Part shown: piece by piece, positions 10,909-20,115 of the stretch | Numbering within the stretch: the stretch's first letter is position 1 | How the letters are laid out: each line of letters begins with the position of its first letter | Source: Actinomycetota bacterium | Lineage (GTDB): Bacteria; Actinomycetota; Geothermincolia; Geothermincolales; RBG-13-55-18 | NCBI GenBank assembly: GCA_013178005.1 | Contig: JABLXL010000002.1 | Coordinates: 15,220 to 79,219, forward strand | Reading direction: 5' to 3' | DNA: 64,000 nt | Notes under the pieces: model-generated | Database searches by the model: none | Seen by the model: only the letters and a program-made list of their open reading frames with translations | Told to the model about the DNA's origin: nothing | Made by a program: the position numbers and the translations under genes

Positions 10909-12192
10909 ATGAAAAAGGATATCTGCAAGGCGATGCGGGAGAGAGGGGATTCGTTGGTAAAGGAAACGACGATAGAGCGCAGGCCGCGCGAGGTCTCTTC
11001 CGGCGATGCCCTTCCGGAGGAAATCGAGGCTGCCAGGATGGGCAGAAACCCCGTGCTGTTTCTCCCCGGGTTCCTGCGCCTCAACGCCCTCACCTCCACC
11101 ATGCGCAGGCGCCTCAAGAACCTCGATTTCGAAGTTTACACCATGCGCCCGCCGTTTCTGGGGTCGGGGGACCTGCGCCGCTACGCACAAGCGTTGCGCG
11201 AGAAGATGAGGGAGATGAGGGTGCTTCTGGGGGCGAGGAAGCTTTCCCTTATCGGGCAGGGCACGGGAGGCCTGGCGGCCAGGTACGCGGTGGAGCAACT
11301 GGGAGCCCACGAGTACCTGGACAAGCTGGTGATGCTCGGCACCCCGAACCACGGCTCGCTCTCCTTCTACCCCTTTGGGTTGTTCGCGGCGGCGCGCGAG
11401 GCCTTACCCACCAGCGCTTTCCTGCACGCGTTGAACGAGGGATACCGGAAGATACGGGATGAGGATGAGCTCTCTATATATGTATCTATCTATACCCCCC
11501 TGGACTTAGCGGTCGTGCCCTGGTGGAGCTCCCGGCTTGAGGGGGCCGAGAACTTGCGCGCCAGATGGCCGACCACCCACATGGGTCTGGTGAGGTCACG
11601 CAGAATAGCCCAGGTGGTGGCGGGCCTTCTCGAGGGGGAGGCAGGCCACGGGGCGGCCGCCGCGGATCGGGGAGAGAACCTGCTTTTAAGGGAGTTAACG
11701 GAGAACCTGGAAAAGAATCCCATGGACGAAGGCGACCTGTTCCGCCGTGGGAGGCTCCTGTTCGACCACGGCTATTTCAGCCTGGCCGTGAAGGACTTCA
11801 CGAGGCTCATCAAACTGCGGCCGGACCTCCCGGAGGCCTACATGCTGCGGGGGAAGGCGCTGAGGCGCAAGATAAACCCCGGGGAGAACCCCATCTACAA
11901 CCGCGCCGTGCGCGATTTCAACCAGGCGATCAGGATGAAACCGGGGTGGGCGGAGGCCTACTACGAAAGGGGCGTGTGCTACGCCCTCCTCAACGCCTGG
12001 CCGGAGGCCGTGGACAGCTGGGACCGCGCCCTGATCATCGACCGCGACCTTTATCCCGCCTACCTCGCCAGGGGCTTGGGGAGGATGAAGAGAGGGGATT
12101 TCGCGGGCGCGGTCGAGGATTTCACAGAGGTCCTGCGCATCCAGCCCGACGAGCCGGAGGCGACGCGCTTCCTCTCCGAGTTGGGCGTATAA
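10909..12192 (+). CDS. alpha/beta-hydrolase (lipase-like) domain protein with C-terminal TPR repeats; nucleophile motif degenerate
   Basis: N-terminal PVLFLPGF...LIGQGTGG...LGTPNHGS resembles a lipase/PGAP1-like fold. The canonical GxSxG is replaced by GQGTGG. The C-terminus has about three TPR-like repeats (AYMLRGKA..., AEAYYERG..., AYLARGLG...). Confidence 0.65.
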   Translation: MKKDICKAMRERGDSLVKETTIERRPREVSSGDALPEEIEAARMGRNPVLFLPGFLRLNALTSTMRRRLKNLDFEVYTMRPPFLGSGDLRRYAQALREKMREMRVLLGARKLSLIGQGTGGLAARYAVEQLGAHEYLDKLVMLGTPNHGSLSFYPFGLFAAAREALPTSAFLHALNEGYRKIRDEDELSIYVSIYTPLDLAVVPWWSSRLEGAENLRARWPTTHMGLVRSRRIAQVVAGLLEGEAGHGAAAADRGENLLLRELTENLEKNPMDEGDLFRRGRLLFDHGYFSLAVKDFTRLIKLRPDLPEAYMLRGKALRRKINPGENPIYNRAVRDFNQAIRMKPGWAEAYYERGVCYALLNAWPEAVDSWDRALIIDRDLYPAYLARGLGRMKRGDFAGAVEDFTEVLRIQPDEPEATRFLSELGV

Positions 12193-12473
12193 GCTTGTCG
12201 CTGGCCGTAAGGATTTGAGGCATCGGAGCTGCGGCTCGTGCGGGTGCGGGGTATTATTGAAGCTCGCACTATGGAAAAACCCGCGTGGTCGAACATATTG
12301 CTTTATGGCTTGGAAGGAAAACCGTTGAAGCGTCTCCGATAATCACTAAATGTTGCAGAAAGAGGCGACGCCGCCCGCCGGCGATCCCGTTGCGCCTCAA
12401 GGGTTTGTCCCCGGCTTGTCGAAGAAAAAGGGAGCCGGGTAGAGGGGCGTTGACGGAGGTGTTCACCGGCGTG

Positions 12474-14783
12474 ATGTTTGGCGACAAAGGAAAGAGGGCG
12501 TCGAGCGGTGGCGGGTACGTCCGGATACCGCCTGGCGAGCCGAGGCCCGGCGGGCACGGTCCGGCGGCCCGCGCCGGGGGAAGGGCAGGCGGGGGAGCGG
12601 GGGCAACGGCGGCGCGCGCAGCCCTAGCCACTGTCATAATCTGCCTGTCACTATCCTTTGTTATCCCCTCATTACCGGTGGTGCGCAGGGCATTCGCCGG
12701 GACTCTCTCGGGGTGGAAGTTCTGCGTGGACCCGGGCCACGGCGGGAGCGAGACGGGGGCCGTGGGGCCCACGGGCCTTATGGAAAAGGACGTGAACCTG
12801 AGGGTGGCCCTGTACCTCAAGGACCTCCTGGAGGCGGAGGGCGCCGAGGTGCTCATGACCCGTTACGACGACGCCGCGGTGAGCATCACCCAGCGCTGGC
12901 AGATGGCCAACGCCTGGGGGGCCCACCGCTTCATCAGCATCCACCACAACGCGGAGAGCGACCGCGCCATCAACTATACCGTCACCCTGGTCTCGGTCAA
13001 CGCCAGCCAGGAGTCCATGGAGCTCGCCAACGCGGTGCAGGCGGAACTGGTGGGGGAGTTCGGCCTCGGCAACTCGGGAGTGTGGAAAGTCAATTACTGC
13101 GGAGTGCTGAACAACACGGTCATGCCTGCCATCCTGACCGAGGCGTCTTTCATCTCCAATCCCGAACAGGAGCAGCGCCTGCGCGACGAATCCTACCTGC
13201 AGCGCGAGGCCGCGGCCATTCTGCGCGGCATCCACATGCCCTCGAGCATCAGCTTCGCCCTCCCCCAGGCGAACCGGGTGAGCGAGGGGGTCGTGGACGT
13301 GGAGGTGCAGCTCCTGGGCGAGGACGCGCTGGAGCGCCTCGACCTCGAGCTGGACGGGAAACCGCTGGCCAGCAGATCCTCCAAGCCCTACCGTTTCCAG
13401 GTCGACAGCTCCGCGCTCGGAGACGGCACCTACTCCCTGCGCGCCGTGGCGCATTACGGGAACGGGAGCACCGCTTCCGCCGCCCGCGACCTCATCGTGG
13501 CCAACGCCGCCCGGCACTGGTACTTCGCCGAGGGGACCACGCGCGAGGGGTTCGAGGAATGGCTCACGGTCCTCAACCCCAACCCCGAACCCGTGACCTT
13601 CAAGGTGACCTACGCCTTCGGCGGGGACGGGGCGACGGAGCGCTCCTACCAGGTGGCGGAGGAGAGCAGGCTGAGCATCGAGGTCGCCGGAGAGGTCGGG
13701 AAGGGGCGGGACGTGAGCGTCATCGTGGACTCGCCGCTTCCCTTGATGGTGGAGAGGCCCATGTACTTCCTCTACCAGGGGCGCTGGGCGGGCGGCCACG
13801 TCTCCGCCGGGACCAACGCCCCCTCCACCGAGTGGTACTTCGCCGAGGGGTACACGGGCGAGGGCTTCGAGGAGTGGCTGTGCCTCCTCAACCCGGGAGA
13901 CGAGCGGGCGGAGGTGACCATCGAATACGTTTCCCAGGGAGGCCTGCTGAAACAGGAGCGGAGGACGCTGCACCCCAAGCAGCGCGACACCGTTTTCGTC
14001 AACCAGGCGGCGGGGCCGGGGCGGGAAGTGTCCCTGCGCGTCATCTCGGACAAGGCGGTGGTGGCCGAACGCCCCATGTACTTCCTCTACCACGGCCTCT
14101 GGGCGGGAGGACACGTCTCCGCCGGGACCAACGCCCCCTCCACCGAGTGGTACTTCGCCGAGGGTTACACGGGCGAGGGCTTCGAGGAATGGCTCTGCCT
14201 GTACAACCCCAATCCTGAGCCGAACCTGGTGAGCATCTCCTACCAGACACAGGACGGCGCCGTCATCGGGGACCAGGAGCTCGTTCCCCCATACTCGCGC
14301 CGCACCGTGGACGTGAACCTGCGCGCCGGCCGCAACCTCCAGCTGTCCATCGCGGCGAAGGGGGAGAGGCCGCTGGTGGCGGAGCGCGCGATATACCACG
14401 ACTACCACGACTGGTGCGAGGGCGGCGACGTGGGCAAGGGCGTGACCGCCCCCTCCCGGCACTGGTACTTCGCCGAGGGCTGCACCGGGGACGGCTTCGA
14501 GGAATGGCTCTGCATGCAGAACCCTGGCGAATCTCCCGTGGAGGCCGAGATCAGGCTGCACCACGAGAGCGGCGAGGTGCTTGCCGAAAACATCACCCTG
14601 CAGCCCCACGGGCGCACCACCGTCTTCATCAATTCCATGAGCCCCTACCAGGAGGGGGTCGCCTTGTCCGTGCATGCCGACGGCGACATCGTGGCCGAGC
14701 GCCCGCTTTACTTCCGCTACCGGGGCGCCTGGGCGGGTGGGCATGTCTCGGCGGGGTTCTATCCCGGGATGGGCTTCCGGTAG
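12474..14783 (+). CDS. N-acetylmuramoyl-L-alanine amidase (Amidase_3) with four C-terminal ~95-aa repeat domains
   Basis: After a signal/TM segment comes an Amidase_3 core (CVDPGHGG...ISIHHNA...ILTEASFISNPEQ). This is followed by four repeats, each starting WYFAEG(T/Y/C)TG(E/D)GFEEWL..NP and ending ...ERP(M/L)YF.Y.G.WAGGHVSAG. The start is uncertain (ATG at 12474, or the in-frame ORF from 12285). Confidence 0.85.
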   Translation: MFGDKGKRASSGGGYVRIPPGEPRPGGHGPAARAGGRAGGGAGATAARAALATVIICLSLSFVIPSLPVVRRAFAGTLSGWKFCVDPGHGGSETGAVGPTGLMEKDVNLRVALYLKDLLEAEGAEVLMTRYDDAAVSITQRWQMANAWGAHRFISIHHNAESDRAINYTVTLVSVNASQESMELANAVQAELVGEFGLGNSGVWKVNYCGVLNNTVMPAILTEASFISNPEQEQRLRDESYLQREAAAILRGIHMPSSISFALPQANRVSEGVVDVEVQLLGEDALERLDLELDGKPLASRSSKPYRFQVDSSALGDGTYSLRAVAHYGNGSTASAARDLIVANAARHWYFAEGTTREGFEEWLTVLNPNPEPVTFKVTYAFGGDGATERSYQVAEESRLSIEVAGEVGKGRDVSVIVDSPLPLMVERPMYFLYQGRWAGGHVSAGTNAPSTEWYFAEGYTGEGFEEWLCLLNPGDERAEVTIEYVSQGGLLKQERRTLHPKQRDTVFVNQAAGPGREVSLRVISDKAVVAERPMYFLYHGLWAGGHVSAGTNAPSTEWYFAEGYTGEGFEEWLCLYNPNPEPNLVSISYQTQDGAVIGDQELVPPYSRRTVDVNLRAGRNLQLSIAAKGERPLVAERAIYHDYHDWCEGGDVGKGVTAPSRHWYFAEGCTGDGFEEWLCMQNPGESPVEAEIRLHHESGEVLAENITLQPHGRTTVFINSMSPYQEGVALSVHADGDIVAERPLYFRYRGAWAGGHVSAGFYPGMGFR

Positions 14784-15067
14784 GGACGGACCAGGTTCCG
14801 AGGATGGGCACGGAAAGGGAGTCAGTGCGGATGGCCTGCGAAACGAAGCCCTGGAACCGGGGATTTCCGGCATCGGGACGGGAACCGGCCGCCGGGCGGG
14901 GCGTATCGCCCCTTGGGGCCGGTGGAGGGCGTAACCCGCGCCGGTTCGGAGGCGATGTTACAATGGGGACAACGGGCGAGGCGAAGGATTAGTTCGTGGA
15001 GGGGTAGAATAAACCAGAGGGAAGGGAGTTTTTCCGGGCACGGTTGGCATGGTTAAAGGAGGTTGCA

Positions 15068-16252
15068 ATGAAGGGATTGGCCAGCAAGATACTCATCGCG
15101 CTGGGCATCGTTCTCATCCTGGCGGCCATACTGTGGTGGGCCATCGCCGTCAACTCGCTGGTGAAGATCCCCGATGATTTGGATTCTACCAGCAAGTACG
15201 AGGGGGAGATGACCTACTACGTCAATCCAACCACCCACGAGCCGCTGCCGGAGGGCGAGGAGATGAAGTTGCCTATGAAGGTGGAGCGCAGGGTGTCCTC
15301 GGTGGCGGATGAATACGATTCGTCCACCGCGGTTCTCAAGGAGGAGGTAACGGTGGAGGTGGGGGGCCTGAAGAACCCCCCCGGCGGCCTGGAGTCCATA
15401 TACGTGCTCGACCGCAAGGGCTCGGAGAACCTCAACGACGAGCGCGCCTACGATTTCAAGGCCGGCAACCGCGTCAACCGCGAGGGGAGCTACTACCCAC
15501 TCCTTCCCTTTGATACCTCCAAGGACGAGGCATACAAGATATGGAAAGGGGAGATCGGGGAAGCGTCGGATTCCGAGTTCATCGAGGAAGTGGAGTCTTT
15601 CGGCGTCACCGTTTACAACTTCAAGGGCAGCGCCACCCTGGAGGACAAGAAGGAGGTCGTGCCGGCTTATATCGAGTTGAACGGCTTGCCGTCCGAGGTG
15701 ACCTTCGAGGAACTGAAGCCCCGGTTGCAGGCCCTGGGGGTGGACGTGGACGGGCTGCTCGCCCTGGCCCAACAGCGCCTCTCGGCCGAGGACCTGCAGA
15801 GCCTCAACGCCGCCCTTCAGGAGAAGATACCCATTAAATACTACTGGACCTACGACATAGAGACCTCCGTGGAGCCCAAGACCGGCGCGCCGGTCAACCT
15901 CTACAAGGACGTCGAGGCCATGTACATGGAGGTGGACACCTCGAAGCTGATGGGGGTATTCACCATCCTCGCCAAGTACTCCAGCGACCCCGTGCTGGGT
16001 CCGGTCCTCACGCAGCTCATGTCGCTCCAGGGCCAGTTGGGGGAGGCGAAGCCGCAGAAGGTCCTGGAGTACAGTATTGCCCAGACAGAGGAGACGGTGA
16101 AATCGGCTATCGATGATTCCAAGGACGCCGCCTCGAAGATCAACCTGGTCAAGGTCTACATACCCTGGGCATTGCTCATAGTGGGCGCCCTGCTCCTCAT
16201 CATCGGCTTGCTTATGGGGGGCGGCGAGGTCCCGGAACCCGCGGGGGAATGA
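15068..16252 (+). CDS. DUF3068/PorA-like membrane protein (N- and C-terminal TM anchors)
   Basis: An AAAGGAGG RBS precedes the start. An N-terminal TM (ILIALGIVLILAAILWWAIAV) and a C-terminal TM (ALLIVGALLLIIGLLMGG) flank an extracytoplasmic domain. This family is typical of Actinobacteria. Confidence 0.5.
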   Translation: MKGLASKILIALGIVLILAAILWWAIAVNSLVKIPDDLDSTSKYEGEMTYYVNPTTHEPLPEGEEMKLPMKVERRVSSVADEYDSSTAVLKEEVTVEVGGLKNPPGGLESIYVLDRKGSENLNDERAYDFKAGNRVNREGSYYPLLPFDTSKDEAYKIWKGEIGEASDSEFIEEVESFGVTVYNFKGSATLEDKKEVVPAYIELNGLPSEVTFEELKPRLQALGVDVDGLLALAQQRLSAEDLQSLNAALQEKIPIKYYWTYDIETSVEPKTGAPVNLYKDVEAMYMEVDTSKLMGVFTILAKYSSDPVLGPVLTQLMSLQGQLGEAKPQKVLEYSIAQTEETVKSAIDDSKDAASKINLVKVYIPWALLIVGALLLIIGLLMGGGEVPEPAGE

Positions 16253-16318
16253 GCCCGGATTCGCCGGGAAAGCGCTCACGGCAAGGACTGCGACGCGGGG
16301 ACTCCGAAAGGGGTCCCC

Positions 16319-16723
16319 GTGTTGGTTGGCGTCATGGCGGGGAGGCGGGGATCGGTGGATAATGGTACCCGGCCCGGACCGGGGAACAGCCCGGAAGAGG
16401 AGCGTCGCTGCCCGCTGTGCAACGGCGTCCTGCGCCCCTCTACGGAGCGCGGCCGCTACGAGTGCATGCGTTGCAGGTCCGAGGCGCGATTTCGCGACCA
16501 GGAGCTCCTCGCCATGCGCATCCCGGGATATGAGCTGCGGCTTGAGGAGTTGAGCAGGCGCAACCATGAACTGCTGGCGCTTATCGAGGAAGAGGGTTCC
16601 CGGGGGGCGGCGCGCGACATGAGGAGATTGAGGTCCATGCACGAGGAAAGGCAGAGGGTGCTCTCGGAGTATTCTTTCTTTTGCTATTTCCGCCAGTTCG
16701 TGGAGAGGTGGGAGGAACGTTGA
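16319..16723 (+). CDS. hypothetical zinc-ribbon protein
   Basis: CPLCNGV...YECMRCRS is a CxxC...CxxC ribbon, and the C-terminus looks coiled-coil-like. The start is uncertain. Confidence 0.4.
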   Translation: MLVGVMAGRRGSVDNGTRPGPGNSPEEERRCPLCNGVLRPSTERGRYECMRCRSEARFRDQELLAMRIPGYELRLEELSRRNHELLALIEEEGSRGAARDMRRLRSMHEERQRVLSEYSFFCYFRQFVERWEER

Positions 16724-16930
16724 GGCCCCGGGAAGCGTCACAGCATTTGAACGAGCGGGGCGATTTCCGCTATCGCGGAGGAACAAGACGGAGGCGGCGA
16801 CCTGTCCGGCACGAAAAGCCCGGAAGGAGGGGGCAGCCTTGGAGGGCGTAGTTGGCGCCGGACGCGTCGCTTTCCGCCGCGGTTGCACGATGAAGGAAAA
16901 GTGAAGGTTTCGCGGAGGTAGTAAGAGCGC

Positions 16931-18139
16931 ATGGCAAGGCGTAGGTTGAGCAACTGGGAGAAGGCCAAATCCTTCCTGCTGCCGAAGAGGGGCCTGATGC
17001 GCTGGGCGCTCATCGTTTTGGGATGTGTGCTCGGCCTGATGGTCCTCGCTTCGTCCATCATGGTTTACGCGGACGCCCGTCACCGGGGGGAGATGTTCCC
17101 CAACACCACCGTCCTGGGCGTCGACGTCACCGGGATGACCCGGGAGGAGGCGGTTGAGGCGGTGACCGAACAGGCGGTAAAGCCCCTTATGATGCCCCTC
17201 ACCCTGCAATTTCGAGGCGAGCAGTGGGTTCTGGATCCCAAGGAGCTGGGGGTTGACGTTGACGTGGAGGGCCTGGTGCAGCGCGCATACGACGAGGGAT
17301 GGAACAGGTCGCCTTTCGAGCGCGCGTTCAGGCGTGCGTTCAACCGGCCCAAGGAGATAAGAGTAAGCCTGGATTATTACATGGACAACGAGGCCCTCAA
17401 GGCGAAGCTCAACGCCGTGGCGGCGGACATCGACCAGGAGGTCAGGAACGCCTCACTGGATTTCGATTTCCAGACCGGCAAGCTCACCTTCCACCCCTCC
17501 CGGGACGGCCTGTGGATGGACGTGGACGCCACCATGGGGCTGGTACAGGAGGCGCTCTGCGGCGAGAACCGCGTCATCGAGCCGGTGGTGGCGGTGACCC
17601 CGCCCTCACTCTCCAGTGACGACGTTAAGACGGTGCTGGTGGTGGATGTCATGGGCAATACCCTGAGCTGGTACGATAAGGACACCCTGGTGAAGACCTA
17701 TTACGTGGCCACGGGCGAGCCCAAGTACCCCACTCCCCTGGGAAAGTTTTACATCATCCGCAAGGAGGAAAATCCGGTTTGGATCAACCCCAACGTGGAA
17801 TGGTCCAAGGACATGCCCCCGCGCATCGAGCCCGGTCCGGATAACCCACTGGGCGTGCGAGCCCTGGTGACCAGCGCGGCGGGAGGCACGGTGCTCATCC
17901 ACGGCACCAAGAACCTGGTGCCGGGGCTTTATTCGCACGGGTGTATACGCATGGCGAACTGGGCCATCCTGGAGTTGTTCGATCACGTGAACGTGGGCAC
18001 TCCCCTCTTCATCTGGACCTCCAAGCCGGTGCCGCCCCCGCCACCGGAGGAAGGCGCGCCGGTGGGACCCGAGGACCCGGGTCTGGGCACGGGCGGCGAG
18101 ACGCAGGGCGAACAGACCCAGAACGGCGGCAACCAGTAG
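16931..18139 (+). CDS. L,D-transpeptidase (YkuD domain) with N-terminal TM anchor
   Basis: The YkuD catalytic region ...TPLGKFYI...GTVLIHGT...YSHGCIRMANWAILELF has the conserved His/Cys. The C-terminal tail is Pro/Gly-rich. Confidence 0.85.
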   Translation: MARRRLSNWEKAKSFLLPKRGLMRWALIVLGCVLGLMVLASSIMVYADARHRGEMFPNTTVLGVDVTGMTREEAVEAVTEQAVKPLMMPLTLQFRGEQWVLDPKELGVDVDVEGLVQRAYDEGWNRSPFERAFRRAFNRPKEIRVSLDYYMDNEALKAKLNAVAADIDQEVRNASLDFDFQTGKLTFHPSRDGLWMDVDATMGLVQEALCGENRVIEPVVAVTPPSLSSDDVKTVLVVDVMGNTLSWYDKDTLVKTYYVATGEPKYPTPLGKFYIIRKEENPVWINPNVEWSKDMPPRIEPGPDNPLGVRALVTSAAGGTVLIHGTKNLVPGLYSHGCIRMANWAILELFDHVNVGTPLFIWTSKPVPPPPPEEGAPVGPEDPGLGTGGETQGEQTQNGGNQ

Positions 18140-18142
18140 CGC

Positions 18143-18176
18143 CTTTCGCCGGGGCGCGCGGGGACCGGCGCCCCGT
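18143..18176 (+). terminator. GC-rich hairpin downstream of the L,D-transpeptidase gene (candidate intrinsic terminator)
   Basis: GGGGCGCGCGGGGACCGGCGCCCC forms an inverted repeat immediately after the stop. No clear U-tract follows. Confidence 0.25.
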
Positions 18177-18488
18177 GTCTCGCCGAGCCGGGCGGGGGGA
18201 GCGCGTCGCCGTCCGTCGAGGACGCGGGGTCATCGCGTCAGCGTCGTGGAAGAGAAGCCGCGCGGTACCGCGGGTGATTTTTCGCACGGTCTTCGTTTAA
18301 TATGGTTGGCAAAATAAGGCAATGCTTGAGAAGCGTTTCCCCCCTGCATTGCCGCGATTTCCCCATGCCCATCATTGCATTCAACATGCAGCCATGTTCA
18401 CATTCGAGGACGCGCACCGCAGGCCTTTCGGCTCCGCCGGAAAGGCGAGGATTTAACGGCGGGAAAGAGGCCTCGCCCCGCCGGCCTG

Positions 18489-18704
18489 TCAGTCCTCCTC
18501 GTGGTACTTGAAGGAGATCTTCACCCGCGCGCGGTAAGCGGTCACCTTGCCGTCCTCCACCCGCATGTCCAGCTCGGCGATCTCGGCGATGCGCAGGTCG
18601 GTGAGGCTTTTTGCCGCCGTCTCCACGGCTTTGCGGGCCGCGTCCTCCCAGGACTCCGTGCTTGTGCCCACCACCTCGATGATCTTGTAGACGCTTTCGC
18701 TCAT
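18489..18704 (-). CDS. dodecin family flavin-binding protein
   Basis: The ~71-aa protein MSESVYKIIEVVGTSTESWEDAARKAVETAAKSLTDLRIAEIAELDMRVEDGKVTAYRARVKISFKY matches the dodecin pattern. The track ORF is longer, and the internal Met is chosen as start. Confidence 0.8.
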   Translation of the reverse strand: MSESVYKIIEVVGTSTESWEDAARKAVETAAKSLTDLRIAEIAELDMRVEDGKVTAYRARVKISFKYHEED

Positions 18705-18848
18705 CTCTCCCCCTTTCCTCTTGAAGAGCATTCCCTGCAGACAGTCTTTCCACCTCGGCAAGCGCTCAAACGTCGCCGGCGCTGGATTGCCGGCGCCTCC
18801 GGGGGGAAAATATTCACGGGACTCGAGTTAGGACAAGGGGAGGTTTCC

Positions 18849-19820
18849 ATGAGGGCGGCGGTTATCGGAGCGGGAGCGATGGGCAGCCTGGCGGCGTTTC
18901 TCTTGCACTCCGCCGGGGTCGAGGTGGTGCTCTACGAGAGCCGGGAGGAACGCCGGTCGCTGTTGCGTGAGCGGGGTATAGTGCTGAGAGGCGCTATCGA
19001 GGGCGGTTTCGCGCCGGAGGTGGGAGAAGCCGGCAAGGCGGAGGCGCCCTTTGACCTCATGGTCCTGGCGGTGGATGCCGGGCAAACAGGCGGGGCGTTA
19101 CGGCCGCTGAGCCCCTTCGTGCACCGCGACACCGCTTACCTCTCCCTGCAGGATGGGTTCGCTGCCGCGGAGCTGGCCTCGCTGGTGGGGGCGGAGAGGA
19201 CCCTCGTCGCCCTCGCCTGGATCTCGGCGGAGGAGCTGCCCTCGGGCGAGGTGGAGGTGGAGGGGATAAGGGCCTTGAAGCTCGGCTGCCTCGCGGAGGA
19301 AGAGGGGGGATGGCTCGAGGAGCTCTCGGCTGCCCTGGGTCGCACGTGCCCGTGCGGGGTGGAGGCGGTGCCGGACGTCGATGCCGGCACCTGGTCGCGA
19401 CTGCAGGGCGCGGCGGCGGTGAGCGGGGTCTGCGCCGTAGCCGGCATGGCTCCGCTGGAGGCGCGGGCGGACGGCCGCCTGGACGTGCTTTGTCGGGAAG
19501 CGGCCGAGGAGTGTCGCAGGTCGGCGGCCGCGGTCGGGGTGGAGCTGCCGGTGCAGGAGTCCCCATGGGACGAGGCGGTCTGGGGGGCATTGAGGCCGCC
19601 CATGCTTAAAAGAGTGGAAGCGGGGGAGGCCACGGAGGTCGCCTGGATGAGCGGCCGTATCGTGGAAAAAGCGCGAAGCACGGGGCTTCCCGTGCCCGTG
19701 CACGGAGCCATATTCACCCTGGTGAGGGAGATCGAAGGGGGAAGGCACCGCCCTGGCGAGGCGGCGGCAAGGGAGCTTGAGAGGCGCGCGGAGGAAGACA
19801 GGGGCATGTCATTGCAATGA
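18849..19820 (+). CDS. 2-dehydropantoate 2-reductase (ketopantoate reductase, ApbA/PanE) family protein
   Basis: An N-terminal Rossmann motif AVIGAGAMGS is followed by a C-terminal ApbA-like helical domain. The longer track ORF (from 18375) overlaps the convergent dodecin gene, so the internal ATG at 18849 is preferred. Confidence 0.75.
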   Translation: MRAAVIGAGAMGSLAAFLLHSAGVEVVLYESREERRSLLRERGIVLRGAIEGGFAPEVGEAGKAEAPFDLMVLAVDAGQTGGALRPLSPFVHRDTAYLSLQDGFAAAELASLVGAERTLVALAWISAEELPSGEVEVEGIRALKLGCLAEEEGGWLEELSAALGRTCPCGVEAVPDVDAGTWSRLQGAAAVSGVCAVAGMAPLEARADGRLDVLCREAAEECRRSAAAVGVELPVQESPWDEAVWGALRPPMLKRVEAGEATEVAWMSGRIVEKARSTGLPVPVHGAIFTLVREIEGGRHRPGEAAARELERRAEEDRGMSLQ

Positions 19821-20014
19821 GCTTGCTCCCGGGCGCGAGAGGGCGTGCGGTAACGCCGGCCCTGGAAGGGAGAGGAAGCGGGATGGATCGGGGCAATCGT
19901 GAAGCTTCACCCTGGTGAGGGAGATCGAAGGGGGAAGGCACCGCCCCGGCGAGGCGGCGGCAAGGGAGCTTGAGAGGCGCGCGGAGGAAGACAGGGGCAT
20001 GTCATTGCAGTGAG
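19711..20014. repeat. tandem duplication (~105 bp, 2 copies, ~90-bp spacer) of the 3' end of the panE-like gene
   Basis: Copy 1 at 19711-19820 and copy 2 at 19911-20014 differ at only two positions. Each ends in the same stop codon. Confidence 0.8.
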
Positions 20015-20115
20015 TCCCTCGCTGGGCGCGCGAATATCCGGCCGAATGGACGGCACTGGACGTGAGCGGGAGCGATGCGGTCGAGGAGCGGGGACGTGGT
20101 GGCGATCGAGAGGCC

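Noticed and set aside
12672-14873. 733-aa minus-strand ORF and 501-aa plus-strand alternative frame across the amidase gene
   Set aside because: They are antisense or off-frame relative to the amidase with its clear Amidase_3 domain and repeats. Low-complexity composition.
15053-17209. 718-aa minus-strand ORF spanning the DUF3068, Zn-ribbon and L,D-transpeptidase genes
   Set aside because: It overlaps three plus-strand genes with RBSs and recognisable domains. It is a spurious open frame.
19711-20014. Diversity-generating retroelement (TR/VR pair) explanation for the 3'-end duplications
   Set aside because: Differences between copies are C/T and A/G, not adenine-specific. One pair is identical. 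No reverse transcriptase is nearby.
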